A DNA stretch of 62,498 nt, the filler included. It is 5 parts of 5 records of this genome, joined end to end, with 100 filler letters (N's around TTAATTAATTAA, not from the genome) between each part and the next. Parts side by side here need not be neighbours in the genome. Positions count along the whole stretch, not along the records: positions 1 to 24,729 come from DRR723986_7728; 4 more parts are not named here. The stretch is one strand, 5' to 3'. Shown here in pieces: positions 9,247 to 18,549 of this stretch. The notes beneath the pieces were generated by a model. It searched no databases, was not told the DNA's origin, and worked only from the letters and a program-made list of their open reading frames with translations. Each line of letters starts with the position of its first letter. The stretch's first letter is position 1. Position numbers and translations under genes: made by a program.

Positions 9247-10560
9247 ATGCTGTCATCTCTTAAAAGCACGAAGAAAGTTCAAAATGCCTGGGCGATGTAT
9301 GACTGGGCAAATTCTGTTTATAGCTTAGTTATTACTTCTACCATTTTTCCAGTCTATTTCAATAGTGTCACAAAAGGGTTGAAACCTGATGATAAGGTTG
9401 GTTTTTTTGGATTTGAAATAGTAAATACAGTTTTGTACTCCTATTCTATATCCTTTTCTTTTTTGATAATTGCCCTGATTTCGCCAATACTTTCAGGAAT
9501 TGCAGATGCAAGTGGGAAGAAACTTCAGTTCATGAAGTTTTTTGCTTATACTGGATCTCTTTCCTGTGTTGCCCTTTTCTTTTTCAAAGGAAATAACCTA
9601 GAGTGGGGCATTTTTTTTAGTGTTTTAGCGAGTGTAGGTTATGCAGGAAGTATTGTGTTTTATAATGCATATTTGCCTGAAATCACTACTCCAGATAAGT
9701 ACGATTTACTCAGTGCCAAAGGCTTTGCTTTAGGGTATATAGGCAGTGTTATTTTACTTATTGTTAACTTGCTTATGATTCAGTTTCCCTCGTGGTTTTG
9801 GCTTTCTGATGATGGAATGGCTGCGAGGTTTTCATTTCTGATTACCGGTTTATGGTGGGCTGGATTTTCTCAGATTCCTTTTAGGATTTTACCTCATAAT
9901 CCCTTTGGAAAGGATATTAAAAGAGAATTTTTACTCAAAGGCTATCAGGAAATACGTAAGGTATGGAATGAAGTAAAGCAGATAAAAGTGATGAATCGCT
10001 TTCTTGCTTCCTTCTTTTTTTATTCGATGGGTGTCCAAACGGTTATGTATCTAGCTGCTACTTTTGGGGATAAAGAACTTGGGTTGCCCGGCGACCAGCT
10101 AATTATGACCATATTGATTATTCAGATAGTTGCTATCGTAGGTAGTTATTTGTTTGCATTTATTTCAAAGAAATTCGGTAATAAATCGAGTTTGGTAATT
10201 ATGGTATTGATATGGGTAGGAATATGTGCAGGTGCGTATTATGTCTATACTGTTTATGAGTTTTTTGCATTAGCCTTTGTAGTTGGGTTAGTAATGGGTG
10301 GGATTCAATCTCTTTCACGATCTACCTTTTCCAAATTGATTCCAAGAGATACCACAGACCACGCTTCGTATTTTAGTTTCTATGATGTAACTGAAAAAAT
10401 GGCGATTGTCTTAGGTACTTTTTCCTATGGATTTATAGAACAAATCACCGGAAGTATGCGGAACTCTGCCCTTTCCTTAGGGATATTTTTTCTTGTTGGC
10501 TTAGGATTCTTACTTTTAGTTACAATCCCTAAAAAAGGGCTTGAAATTGAAAGTGTATAG
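9247..10560 (+). CDS. MFS transporter, Atg22/UMF1 family
   Basis: AWAMYDWANS, FYNAYLP, GGIQSLSRS; about 12 TM segments. Confidence 0.88.
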   Translation: MLSSLKSTKKVQNAWAMYDWANSVYSLVITSTIFPVYFNSVTKGLKPDDKVGFFGFEIVNTVLYSYSISFSFLIIALISPILSGIADASGKKLQFMKFFAYTGSLSCVALFFFKGNNLEWGIFFSVLASVGYAGSIVFYNAYLPEITTPDKYDLLSAKGFALGYIGSVILLIVNLLMIQFPSWFWLSDDGMAARFSFLITGLWWAGFSQIPFRILPHNPFGKDIKREFLLKGYQEIRKVWNEVKQIKVMNRFLASFFFYSMGVQTVMYLAATFGDKELGLPGDQLIMTILIIQIVAIVGSYLFAFISKKFGNKSSLVIMVLIWVGICAGAYYVYTVYEFFALAFVVGLVMGGIQSLSRSTFSKLIPRDTTDHASYFSFYDVTEKMAIVLGTFSYGFIEQITGSMRNSALSLGIFFLVGLGFLLLVTIPKKGLEIESV

Positions 10561-10562
10561 TT

Positions 10563-12032
10563 ATGCAAAAGATATTGTTTGGGAGCCAAGTCAAAGAACT
10601 TGATGCGCTACATTTAAAATTGAGTGGCCAGAAAAGTCACGAGATGATGGAAAATGCCTGCGTTTCTTTTGTTAATTGGTTTTTATCTCAGAATTTTTCT
10701 CGGCAGCGTAAAATCCAAATTGCAGTAGGGAAAGGTAATAATGGTGGCGATGGTTTTGCAATAGCCCGACTTTTGACAAATCACTCTTATACTGTCTCCA
10801 TTTTAAAATGTTTTGATTCTCTAGATTCAATTAGTGGAGATGCCCGTTTTAATTTCAACAAGCTCCCAGGTTCTATTTCTCTTTCTAATATTGAAGATTG
10901 GGTGTTTTCTCCAGACGATATACTGATTGATTCCTTTTTAGGAGTTGGATTGCAAGGAGAACTTAGACCTAATGCAATCCGGATTGTTAATAAATTAAAT
11001 GAATTTGAGGGAACAATTATAAGTATAGATGTTCCTTCTGGATTGCCTTCGGATGGTCTATTAACTGAGGTTGCTGTTCGTGCTGATATTACTGTGAGCT
11101 TTGAGTTTCCAAAGCTCTCACTTTTGCTGCCAGAGCATGCCGAATATGTAGGGGAATTGGTGGTGTTGAAAATAGGCTTGCTTCCTATAGCGTATTCAGA
11201 TTTTGCCTCAGACTTATTTTATCTCGAAGAGTTGGATATTGCTCCTCTCCATAAAGATTTTAATCGGTTTAGTTACAAAGGAGAAATGGGAAAAGTGCTT
11301 TTAGTGGGGGGGAGTCCTGGGAAAATGGGAGCACTTGTTTTGAGTGCAAAGAGTGCATTGCGAACTGGGTCAGGCTTGGTTACCTGTCACATGGAGGATT
11401 CTGAGCGGTTTGTTATTCAAACGGCAGTTCCCGAAGCGATGGCATCTTGGGGTCTGATCCCAAATCCTGAGTTTTATGATGCGGTGGGGATTGGTCCAGG
11501 TTGGGGGATTGAAAATAGAGCACGTTTATTCCGACAGTTTTTACAGGATTATAATAAGCCTATTGTTATCGATGCTGACGCTTTGAATCTATTAGCTAAA
11601 AATTCAGATTTAGTAGCCTTAGTTCCAAAGAATTCGATTCTTACTCCTCACATCGGTGAATTCACGAGACTCGTAGGTACTGCTCAGAATCACTTAGAGC
11701 GAATAGTAAAAGCAAAGGAATTTGCGATTAAGAATGAATTGATAGTGGTGATAAAAGGAGCAAATACCGTGATTAGTATGCCGGATGGACGTCAAATAGT
11801 AAATTCATCGGGTAATAAGTATATGGCGACAGGTGGGGCTGGAGATGTGCTTACAGGAATGATCACTTCTTATTTGGGAATGGGATATCCTCCAGAAAAT
11901 GCGGTGCTTTGTGGGGTGTACCATCACGGTTTGGCAGGAGAATTAGCTTCAAGAAAGAAGAGAAGATCTATGATAGCAAGTGATATCATTGAAGCCATTC
12001 CAGACACCTACCTTCAACTGAATATTTCCTGA
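10563..12032 (+). CDS. nnr: bifunctional NAD(P)HX epimerase/dehydratase
   Basis: GKGNNGGDG, IDVPSG, GIGPG, IDADAL, LTPHIGEF, MATGGAGDVLTG. Confidence 0.93.
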   Translation: MQKILFGSQVKELDALHLKLSGQKSHEMMENACVSFVNWFLSQNFSRQRKIQIAVGKGNNGGDGFAIARLLTNHSYTVSILKCFDSLDSISGDARFNFNKLPGSISLSNIEDWVFSPDDILIDSFLGVGLQGELRPNAIRIVNKLNEFEGTIISIDVPSGLPSDGLLTEVAVRADITVSFEFPKLSLLLPEHAEYVGELVVLKIGLLPIAYSDFASDLFYLEELDIAPLHKDFNRFSYKGEMGKVLLVGGSPGKMGALVLSAKSALRTGSGLVTCHMEDSERFVIQTAVPEAMASWGLIPNPEFYDAVGIGPGWGIENRARLFRQFLQDYNKPIVIDADALNLLAKNSDLVALVPKNSILTPHIGEFTRLVGTAQNHLERIVKAKEFAIKNELIVVIKGANTVISMPDGRQIVNSSGNKYMATGGAGDVLTGMITSYLGMGYPPENAVLCGVYHHGLAGELASRKKRRSMIASDIIEAIPDTYLQLNIS

Positions 12033-12064
12033 ATAATTGTAATTAAGTAAACTTTATCGGGGAT

Positions 12065-13282
12065 ATGGGGGTTTCTCAACTATCTATTTTTATTATGAAC
12101 AAGGAGAAGCTTCTGCTTTGGACCTTAGCGGCCATCAATTTTATTCATATTGTTGATTTCATGATTTTGATGCCTTTAGGGCCTCAGCTCATGCGGATCT
12201 TCGGTATTTCGCCTCGGGAGTTTGGCCTTTTGGTATCTTGCTATACTTTTAGTGCTGGTATTTCCAGTTTCTTCGGAGCTTTCATTCTGGATCGGTTTGA
12301 CCGGAAAAAGATTTTGGTCTGGGTTTATATTGGTTTTGCTATTGCTACTTTAGGTTGTGCATTATCTCCTAGCTATCCAGTCCTATTGGTGGCAAGAGTG
12401 ATTTCAGGTTTATTTGGCGGTTTGACATCAGCTTTGATTTTAGCTATCATAGGCGATGTTATCCCCGATTCCAGACGAGGGAGAGCCATGGGTTTAGTAA
12501 TGGCTGCATTTTCAGTAGCGTCAGTCGTAGGCGTTCCGCTTGGTCTGTTTTTAGCTAGTTTGTCTGATTGGCATACACCATTTTTTATTTTGACAGGCTT
12601 GTCTGTTGTGAGCCTTGCTATGATTGTAAAATATATTCCAAATATCACTGAGCACTTAAAAAATGATATTGTAAGACCAAGTCCTTTAGTAGTAATTCGA
12701 AGAGTTACAAGCGATTCTAACCAGATGAGAGCTATTACTCTGTCTGTGATGATGATGTTTGGACAGTTTATGATAATTCCCTTTTTGAGTCCATATACTG
12801 TAGCAAATGTTGGGTTTACTGAGCTACAACTTACTTACATCTATATGGCAGGTGGAGCATTTACGATTTTTACTTCGCCTTGGGTTGGGAAGCTTTCTGA
12901 TAAGTATGGTAAGCAGAAGATCTTTATCATTTTCATGCTTCTAAATCTGATCCCTATTGCCATCATTACCCATTTGGGTGTTACTCCCATTCCTTTTGTA
13001 CTGATGGTTTCCACGATGTTCTTTGTGACTTCTAATGGAAGATATGTGCCAGCGGCGGCAATTGTGACGGGAACTGCCAAGCCTGAAAATAGGGGGAGTT
13101 TTTTAAGCTTTAATTCCGCAGTGCAACAATTAGCAACTGGTATGGCATCATTGATAGCAGGAATTATTATTGGTGAAAATGCTGCTGGAGAATTGACCCA
13201 TTATAATGTGGTAGGATATATCGCCATTGCATTTAGTCTGCTATGTATTCCGCTTGCCATAAGAATCAAAGTAGTGAGCTAA
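12065..13282 (+). CDS. MFS transporter (drug:H+ antiporter-like); true start may be 12095
   Basis: LDRFDRKK motif A, GKLSDKYGK, about 12 TM segments. Confidence 0.88.
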   Translation: MGVSQLSIFIMNKEKLLLWTLAAINFIHIVDFMILMPLGPQLMRIFGISPREFGLLVSCYTFSAGISSFFGAFILDRFDRKKILVWVYIGFAIATLGCALSPSYPVLLVARVISGLFGGLTSALILAIIGDVIPDSRRGRAMGLVMAAFSVASVVGVPLGLFLASLSDWHTPFFILTGLSVVSLAMIVKYIPNITEHLKNDIVRPSPLVVIRRVTSDSNQMRAITLSVMMMFGQFMIIPFLSPYTVANVGFTELQLTYIYMAGGAFTIFTSPWVGKLSDKYGKQKIFIIFMLLNLIPIAIITHLGVTPIPFVLMVSTMFFVTSNGRYVPAAAIVTGTAKPENRGSFLSFNSAVQQLATGMASLIAGIIIGENAAGELTHYNVVGYIAIAFSLLCIPLAIRIKVVS

Positions 13283-13286
13283 AAAA

Positions 13287-13312
13287 TAAGCCTGATATTT
13301 CTATCAGGCTTA
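13287..13312. terminator. hairpin between convergent MFS gene and asnS
   Basis: TAAGCCTGATA-TTTC-TATCAGGCTTA. Confidence 0.65.
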
Positions 13313-13330
13313 AGTAGTATAGTATGTTTT

Positions 13331-14782
13331 TTAGAACTCTGCATTTCCTGGAGTTCGAGGGAATGCAATTACATCCCTAATATTCCCCATTCCAGTGACG
13401 AAGAGTACCATTCGCTCAAAGCCAAGCCCGAACCCGGCATGAGGGGTAGCTCCAAACCTTCTCGTGTCTAAGTACCACCACATTTCTTCCTGTGGGATAT
13501 TCATTTCTTCCATTCTAGCGGTGAGCACATCCATGCGTTCTTCACGCTGTGAACCACCTACTATTTCACCAATTCCAGGGAAAAGGATATCCATCGCAGC
13601 AACAGTCTTTCCATCATCATTTTGACGCATGTAGAAAGACTTGATGTCTTTCGGGTAGTCGGTAAGGATTACTGGTTTTTTGAAATGTTTTTCTACCAAG
13701 AATCGCTCGTGTTCAGATTGCAAATCTGCTCCCCATGCATCGATCAGGTATGTGAATTTCTTCTTTTTATTTGGAGTAGAGTTTCTAAGAATTTCGATTG
13801 CCTCCGTATAGGTGATTCTCACGAAGTCATTATCTGCTACGAATTTCAGCTTATCGGTTAAGCTCATTTCGCTACGTTGGTCAGCTGGCTTGGATTTATC
13901 TTCTTCCTGAAGTCTAGCGTCAAGGAAAGCCAAATCCTCGGCGCAATTATCTAAGGCATATTGAATCACATATTTCAAGAAATCTTCTGCTAGATCAGCA
14001 TTATCCTCTGCATCATAGAATGCCATCTCAGGTTCGATCATCCAGAACTCAGCCAAGTGGCGAGTTGTATTTGAATTCTCTGCACGGAAAGTTGGGCCAA
14101 ACGTATAAATATCAGCAAGAGCCATAGCTGCTAATTCACCTTCCAATTGACCGGATACAGTTAGGTTAGTTTCTCTTTCGAAGAAATCCTGCTTGTAGTC
14201 GATTGTTCCTTCTGCAGTCTTTGGAGGGTTTTGCAAGTCAAGCGTAGTTACTTTAAAAGTCTCACCAGCCCCTTCAGCATCCGATGCTGTGATGATAGGT
14301 GTATGTATATAAAAGAAGCCTTTATCGTTGAAATACTTATGTACAGCATAAGCCAATGCATGTCTTACTCTGAACACTGCGCTGAAAGTATTTGTACGCA
14401 TTCTCAAATGAGCATTTTCCCGGAGGAATTCCATGGAATGCTTTTTCGGCTGTAGCGGATATTTCTCAGGATCAGCTTCGCCTAATACTACTATTGCTGT
14501 AGCATTTAGCTCAGAGCTTTGTCCAGCTCCTTGAGACTCTACCACATTTCCGGTTACTTTCAAGCAAGCGCCTGTGGTGCATTTTTTTAAGACTTCCTCA
14601 GAAATCAAATTTGGGTCAGCCACCACTTGGTAATTGGTAATAATAGAGCCGTCATTCAGTGCAATGAATGAAACATGTTTGTTTCCTCTCTTTGTACGTA
14701 CCCAGCCCATAAGCGTCACTTCTGTTCCAATCGGATTCGTGTCCAGGATGGTCTTGATTTTGACTCGTTTGTTAAATGCCAT
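13331..14782 (-). CDS. asnS: asparagine--tRNA ligase
   Basis: GWVRTKR OB fold, [43 protein letters not shown]. Confidence 0.97.
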   Translation of the reverse strand: MAFNKRVKIKTILDTNPIGTEVTLMGWVRTKRGNKHVSFIALNDGSIITNYQVVADPNLISEEVLKKCTTGACLKVTGNVVESQGAGQSSELNATAIVVLGEADPEKYPLQPKKHSMEFLRENAHLRMRTNTFSAVFRVRHALAYAVHKYFNDKGFFYIHTPIITASDAEGAGETFKVTTLDLQNPPKTAEGTIDYKQDFFERETNLTVSGQLEGELAAMALADIYTFGPTFRAENSNTTRHLAEFWMIEPEMAFYDAEDNADLAEDFLKYVIQYALDNCAEDLAFLDARLQEEDKSKPADQRSEMSLTDKLKFVADNDFVRITYTEAIEILRNSTPNKKKKFTYLIDAWGADLQSEHERFLVEKHFKKPVILTDYPKDIKSFYMRQNDDGKTVAAMDILFPGIGEIVGGSQREERMDVLTARMEEMNIPQEEMWWYLDTRRFGATPHAGFGLGFERMVLFVTGMGNIRDVIAFPRTPGNAEF

Positions 14783-14883
14783 TTGGTGATTTGTTAATGC
14801 AGTAATTAATTCCTGCGAATAATTTAAAGGAATGCAAAAAAACGATTAAATAAGCTTTTTATCAAAAAATTGCTCGTTTTTCC

Positions 14884-14891
14884 TAACTTTG
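14884..14891 (+). promoter_or_regulatory. Bacteroidota -7 element upstream of rpoN
   Basis: TAACTTTG matches TAnnTTTG. Confidence 0.55.
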
Positions 14892-14958
14892 GCATAAGGG
14901 CTTTTTCAAGAGAAAAGGCCTTTTTTGAACCCAAACAGCAGGTTTTACCAAATACTTA

Positions 14959-16413
14959 ATGCAAAAGTTAAATCTTAGCCAGTCACTTTCCCAGAAGCTT
15001 TCGCCTCAGCAAATACAATTTATCAAATTGCTGCAGGTGCCAACAGCTGAATTGGATACCAGAATCGAAGAAGAACTCGAGATTAATCCAGCGCTGGAAG
15101 AAGGAAAAACAGAAGAAAAGGATAATGCAGACGAGGAATTTGATGATAATTATGAAGAGGAGCCTCTAAAGGATGACCGTGATGTAAATATAGACGACTA
15201 CTTGGACGACGAGTATGGTGGCTATAAAATGCAAGGTGACGGCAATTACAATGCGGATGAAGAAGATAGGGAAATGCCTATTTCGAGTCAGTCCTCACTT
15301 CACGAGCAACTCGTCTCACAGTTAAGTTACCTCAAATTAGATGATAGAGAAAAGATCATTGGGGAGCAGTTGATTGGAAGTATTGAGAATGATGGATATA
15401 TCCGTAGAGACCTAGAAGCAATAATTAATGATTTGGCATTCAGCCAAAATATTGAGACGGATATTGATGAACTGGAGGAGATTTTGAGAAAGATCCAGAA
15501 TTTTGATCCAGCAGGAATTGCCTCTAGAAATCTTCAAGAATGTCTTACGATTCAGTTGGAGCGCAAGGAGCATCCCGATGATCCTACTGTGCAAAACGCG
15601 TTAAGGATCATGCAGGACTGTTTCGATGAATTTACTAAGAAACATTATTCAAAGATTCAAAAGCGTTGTGATCTGACAGATGAAGAAACGAAAGAAGCTG
15701 TAAATCTGATCACTAAGCTCAATCCTAAGCCAGGAGGAGTAGCTGATGGTTTGGTGCGTACGCAGTACATTATTCCGGACTTTATGCTTACCAATGTGGG
15801 CGGTAAATTTGAAATTAGCCTCAACTCTAAGAATGCTCCGGAACTAAGAATCTCACGATCCTATTCTGAGATGTTTGACGCATACGATAAGAGTGATAAG
15901 AAGGATAAAAAACTAAAGGAAACTGTCACTTTTGTGAAGCAGAAGCTGGATGCTGCCAAGTGGTTTATAGATGCCATTAAGCAAAGACAAAATACTCTAC
16001 TTAGAACCATGGAGGCTATTCTCCAGTATCAAAAAGAGTTTTTTATCGATGGAGATGAAACCAATCTTCGCCCAATGATTTTGAAGGACATCGCAGAGAA
16101 GATAGATATGGATATATCTACCGTCTCGCGCGTGGCAAATAGTAAAGCAATTCAGACTGAATTTGGCGTGTACCCACTTAAATACTTTTTCTCTGAAGGT
16201 ATAGCTACAGATAGTGGGGAAGATGTGAGTAACCGTGAGGTGAAATCTGTTCTTCAAGGAATGGTGGATGCTGAAGATAAAAAGAAACCTCTTTCTGACG
16301 ATAAACTCGTAAAAATGCTAAATGGCAAAGGCTATAATATTGCGAGAAGAACCGTTGCGAAATACCGTGAGCAGCTACAAATCCCAGTTGCTAGATTAAG
16401 AAAAGAATTATAG
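14959..16413 (+). CDS. rpoN: RNA polymerase sigma-54 factor
   Basis: Q/L-rich region I, DISTVSRVAN HTH, RpoN box ARRTVAKYRE. Confidence 0.97.
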   Translation: MQKLNLSQSLSQKLSPQQIQFIKLLQVPTAELDTRIEEELEINPALEEGKTEEKDNADEEFDDNYEEEPLKDDRDVNIDDYLDDEYGGYKMQGDGNYNADEEDREMPISSQSSLHEQLVSQLSYLKLDDREKIIGEQLIGSIENDGYIRRDLEAIINDLAFSQNIETDIDELEEILRKIQNFDPAGIASRNLQECLTIQLERKEHPDDPTVQNALRIMQDCFDEFTKKHYSKIQKRCDLTDEETKEAVNLITKLNPKPGGVADGLVRTQYIIPDFMLTNVGGKFEISLNSKNAPELRISRSYSEMFDAYDKSDKKDKKLKETVTFVKQKLDAAKWFIDAIKQRQNTLLRTMEAILQYQKEFFIDGDETNLRPMILKDIAEKIDMDISTVSRVANSKAIQTEFGVYPLKYFFSEGIATDSGEDVSNREVKSVLQGMVDAEDKKKPLSDDKLVKMLNGKGYNIARRTVAKYREQLQIPVARLRKEL

Positions 16414-17033
16414 TGGGGAGGATTTTTTCGTTAGTTATTTCAGTTGTTTTACAGCCCTTAGTCATTCCAAGTTTAGTTTTTGGTTTGATGCTCTTTACTG
16501 TACCGGAGTCTACCAGCATACCAGCAGAGTTCAAATCCAGAATTTTTTATCTCATTGTTTTATCCACTTTGGCAATTCCGATGATAACAATTTTGGGGTT
16601 GAGGCTGAGTGGTACACTCAAAAGTGTTCACATGGCTGAGCTGAAGGATCGTGCTATTCCATTTTCCGTGACCAGTATATATTATGTCCTTACTGTTTAT
16701 TTTTTGTATCAAAAGAAAGAACTCGACCCCATCTTATGGCAAGTACTCGGTGTAATTACCTTGGCAATTGTGGGGCTTACCTTGGTTACATTTGTTTGGA
16801 AGATGTCTGCGCACTTGACAGGAATGGGGGGGCTGATCGCTTTAGTCCTTGTGTTAGGGCTTAAATTCCCTACGTTTCAGCCACTTTACCCATTACTGGC
16901 ATCCTTGGTGATGACTGGGCTGGTTGGGACGGTAAGGTTGTTCTTGGAGGCTCATAAGCCTATTGAAATTTATGTTGGTCTATTCTTTGGTTTTACCCTT
17001 TGCTATGTAGGTTTTAGTTGGATTTGGGCATAA
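16413..17033 (+). CDS. membrane protein, PAP2/phosphoesterase-like
   Basis: Multiple TMs, WKMSAH and R..LEAH motifs; overlaps the rpoN stop. Confidence 0.75.
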   Translation: MGRIFSLVISVVLQPLVIPSLVFGLMLFTVPESTSIPAEFKSRIFYLIVLSTLAIPMITILGLRLSGTLKSVHMAELKDRAIPFSVTSIYYVLTVYFLYQKKELDPILWQVLGVITLAIVGLTLVTFVWKMSAHLTGMGGLIALVLVLGLKFPTFQPLYPLLASLVMTGLVGTVRLFLEAHKPIEIYVGLFFGFTLCYVGFSWIWA

Positions 17034-17060
17034 AAAAAACCGAGTAGATACCCGGTTTTT
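17032..17060. terminator. bidirectional terminator
   Basis: A-tract-CCGAGTA-GA-TACCCGG-T-tract between convergent genes. Confidence 0.65.
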
Positions 17061-17082
17061 CAAATTCAAATTGGAATAGTTT

Positions 17083-17841
17083 TTAGAATACATTCACGGC
17101 AATACCAAAATTGATTTGGGTAGCTTCAGTACCATTTGGTCCCATGCCCTTCTGAAAAACTTTATTAAGTCCAAAATAACTCCATGCGTAAAATCCGGGA
17201 GAACCTGCTTTCACCGAAATACCATATCGGAATTTTTCAAAACCGTAATTTTGGGAGTCTTTGATTTGTCTCTTCAGGTTATCTGAATTTTCATACTTTA
17301 CCTTGGTGTGCGATTCGTACAGGTATCCAAATTTCCCTCCTACGCTTACTGCAAAGCCTTTCGTATAGTTCGTTTTATTAAAGTGATAAACGAAATCCAA
17401 GGGGATATCAAAGTAATTAGCAGCTACTACGTTCTTCTTAATGTTGATATCGTCTCCCAGTACCTCTGTGATATCTTGTAAAATGCTCGATTCAGGGCCT
17501 AAAGCAGGATTGTTATATAAGGTCTGATTATCCTTGAAAGCATACTTGTCAGTTCCTACTCCTATCCCAATGTCCATAGTGAAACCTGAAGCATCTCCAA
17601 AAATAGAAATAGGATATTGATAGTAAACGTTGAATGTACGAGAAGCAAAGAAGTTGATACCAAGGTCTTCAGCCCTATTGTTAAGTTGGTTGAATCCAAA
17701 TTCTAGCTTTAAATCACTTGGAATATTTGGTCTTCCTCCGATTGGAGTCTTTTGCTTTTTGGCGATTTGTAAGCTGTCCTGAGCGAATGCTCCTTGAATC
17801 AAAACAATTGCGAACAGGAAGGTGTATATTTTTTTCATCAA
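17083..17841 (-). CDS. outer-membrane beta-barrel protein
   Basis: Signal peptide, amphipathic beta strands (YFDIPL, GGKFGYL), C-terminal Phe. Confidence 0.8.
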   Translation of the reverse strand: MMKKIYTFLFAIVLIQGAFAQDSLQIAKKQKTPIGGRPNIPSDLKLEFGFNQLNNRAEDLGINFFASRTFNVYYQYPISIFGDASGFTMDIGIGVGTDKYAFKDNQTLYNNPALGPESSILQDITEVLGDDINIKKNVVAANYFDIPLDFVYHFNKTNYTKGFAVSVGGKFGYLYESHTKVKYENSDNLKRQIKDSQNYGFEKFRYGISVKAGSPGFYAWSYFGLNKVFQKGMGPNGTEATQINFGIAVNVF

Positions 17842-17999
17842 ATTTGTTTACTTAAATGCACTCAATGCGGGCAAAAATAGGAAATCCCAGATGATTTACC
17901 CCTTTTTTGACCTTAATTATTCTTAAGGAGAAACGCATGTATAGGAAGAAAATTATAAAAATTCTATATGGTGGTGCTTGGATAAAATCTAATTTTAAA

Positions 18000-18007
18000 T
18001 ACCTTTG
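18000..18007 (+). promoter_or_regulatory. Bacteroidota -7 element of tRNA-Arg
   Basis: TACCTTTG, with a TTG ending 19 nt upstream (17978-17980). Confidence 0.7.
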
Positions 18008-18018
18008 CATTCCAATTC

Positions 18019-18092
18019 GGCTTCGTAGCTCAACTGAATAGAGCACCTGATTACGGCTCAGGAGGTTTCAGGTTTGAATCCTGACGAGGTCA
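18019..18092 (+). tRNA. tRNA-Arg(ACG)
   Basis: Cloverleaf: acceptor GGCTTCG/CGAGGTC, D arm GCTC/GAGC, anticodon arm CCTGA-TTACGGC-TCAGG, T arm TCAGG-TTTGAAT-CCTGA; CCA not encoded. Confidence 0.95.
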
Positions 18093-18098
18093 CAAGGT

Positions 18099-18130
18099 AA
18101 AAGCTTCATAGATTTCTATGGAGCTTTTTT
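18099..18130 (+). terminator. tRNA terminator
   Basis: AAAAGCTTCATAGA-TT-TCTATGGAGCTTTTTT. Confidence 0.8.
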
Positions 18131-18221
18131 GTTTTTTTTATCTATTCTCCATTGTAACCACTTTTTTTTAGAGAGAATTTTTACTCATTTTAGTCAAACT
18201 ATTCACTCCTTTGAGATTTCA

Positions 18222-18467
18222 ATGAAAAAGTATCTTCCATTTCTGATTCTTGTAATAACTGGTTGCAGTCTTTTTGAGGAGACTGACCTAGTGGATATCC
18301 AAGATGTAGATGGGCCTTGCACCATAATCCTAACAGATGGATCCAGTGTTGTGAGTAATGGTAATATTGAGATCAGTAAAAGGACTCAGGCAATCACTTA
18401 CCGTGATGAGAATAATAAGATCTGGTCACTTTTCAAAAATGATTACACAAGTTTTACATGTGAATAG
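18222..18467 (+). CDS. small lipoprotein
   Basis: MKKYLPFLILVITG-C lipobox; start moved to the ATG at 18222. Confidence 0.7.
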   Translation: MKKYLPFLILVITGCSLFEETDLVDIQDVDGPCTIILTDGSSVVSNGNIEISKRTQAITYRDENNKIWSLFKNDYTSFTCE

Positions 18468-18492
18468 TTTACGTGCTTTATGTTTTCTACAC

Positions 18493-18532
18493 AAAAAAGC
18501 CCCAATAAGATTTGACTTATTGGGGCTTTTTT
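18493..18532. terminator. bidirectional terminator
   Basis: AAAAAAGCCCCAATAAG...CTTATTGGGGCTTTTTT. Confidence 0.88.
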
Positions 18533-18549
18533 CAAACGTTTTTTCAGAA

